Shown piece after piece: positions 62,946-64,000 of a stretch of DNA of 64,000 bases. A model generated the notes under the pieces. That model was not told the origin of the DNA. It saw nothing but the letters and a program-made list of their open reading frames with translations, and made no database searches. Numbering within the stretch: position 1 is the stretch's first letter; every line of letters begins with the position of its first letter. The position numbers were made by a program, and so were the translations under genes. This DNA comes from Adineta vaga (taxonomy: Eukaryota; Animalia; Rotifera), in contig CP075492.1 in NCBI GenBank assembly GCA_021613535.1, forward strand, positions 14,322,001-14,386,000, written 5' to 3'.

Positions 62946-64000
62946 ATGAATACTAATTCGACAGTACAAACAACAACTGTTCAGTACAAAATATCGTATG
63001 ATAGTTTACAAATGTACTTGATTAAATACATCTTTTTTCTCCTACTAGATGTTTCCATAATCGAAAGAAAAAGATACAGTGTATGATTTTATCGATCTTT
63101 CTTGGTATGTTCATCTTAATAGGAATCATAGTTCCAGTAATAATTGTTGGTAAATTCTCTGAGATAACTGTACAATCCACTTTTATGACAACGAGAACTA
63201 TGGAGCTATCAACTACAAAACAGACAAGTACTACACGAGGTATTATCACACCACAACCTACGACCACCAAACCTACAATATTATCAACTACAACACCTAA
63301 AAGAGGTATTTAATAAAAACGAAGATGAACATGTATAATTAAAAGAAACTATCACAACAAACCTTTTCTCTTAACAGTATCGAATATTTGAGTTCGTTGT
63401 GAATATAGATAATCGATGTGAAACAACATCTACTTTAGTAACACGTCAGCAATCATTTAAAAAGAACAGTTAGAGTATAAAACCATATGTATCTTCGAAG
63501 TCATCCAACGGAAAATATTTCTTACATGTCAATGCGCTTAAAATAACGATTTATCGAAAGTTTTTGAAAAAATCTTGCATTTATCTATAAAATAATTTTG
63601 TAGTTTTAATACCACTGTACACCGTTAATGGGTCAATTATGGGAATATATAACACAACTATAGGTGGAAATAGTTTACCATCAACACCTGGCTTTGAAAC
63701 TGGTCAATACCCACCAAAACTCAAGCCACATAATGTATGTGATGGTGACATATCAACAAAATATCAAAATTTTGGACATTGTTCAGTAACTTTCATGAAT
63801 GGTACATGTGGTTCAGGTACGGGTTTGTATTTTGAATTAGAACGTAGTACAATGATAGTCACTGCTCTAAGAATTTGCGTAGACAAAAAAAGGCCCCCAC
63901 GTGAACCGAAAACAGTGTCATTGGAAGGAAGTAATCTTTCGAGAGGAGCGCTCACTTTTGGTACAAGTTGGACTCTTTTGTATAATGGTGCGACTGGATT
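62946..64000 (+). CDS. Partial type II membrane protein: TM, Thr-rich stalk, discoidin/galactose-binding-like domain; runs off the window end
   Basis: Exons ~62946-62995, 63049-63305 and 63604-end; last exon reads GQYPP...VCDGDISTKYQNFGHC...CGSGTGLY...REPKTVSLEGSN. Confidence 0.65.

Overview
AT-rich eukaryotic genomic DNA with many short (about 46-66 bp) GT-AG introns. The gene inventory (NHL, LamG and FG-GAP repeat proteins, orphan class A GPCRs, F-box/LRR-like protein, ART-TM-repeat receptor, many bacterial- or fungal-like enzymes) suggests a bdelloid rotifer; this is inference. The window has four parts. (1) 0.5-26 kb: compact, mostly intact genes, several of them horizontal-transfer candidates. 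(2) 26-31 kb: non-coding tract of MITE and transposon remnants. (3) 31-46 kb: three-gene block encoding a spliced 892-aa DUF4781-like membrane protein that ends in a polymorphic-toxin-like 'YHWWKHEGDF' domain, a spliced ~3531-aa SecA-like ATPase with a full motif set, and a convergent 191-aa protein ending 'VPESHDWW'. The block lies between two inverted copies of a ~400-bp repeat (about 26968-27378 and 47321-47765). It is the best candidate for an undescribed system, possibly a eukaryotic toxin/translocase/immunity cassette. (4) 48-59 kb: cluster of broken genes with defence-like or oxidase domains, interleaved with intact small genes and a duplicated Thr-nucleophile alpha/beta hydrolase. Exon structures were read by eye and family calls are motif recognition, not database hits.
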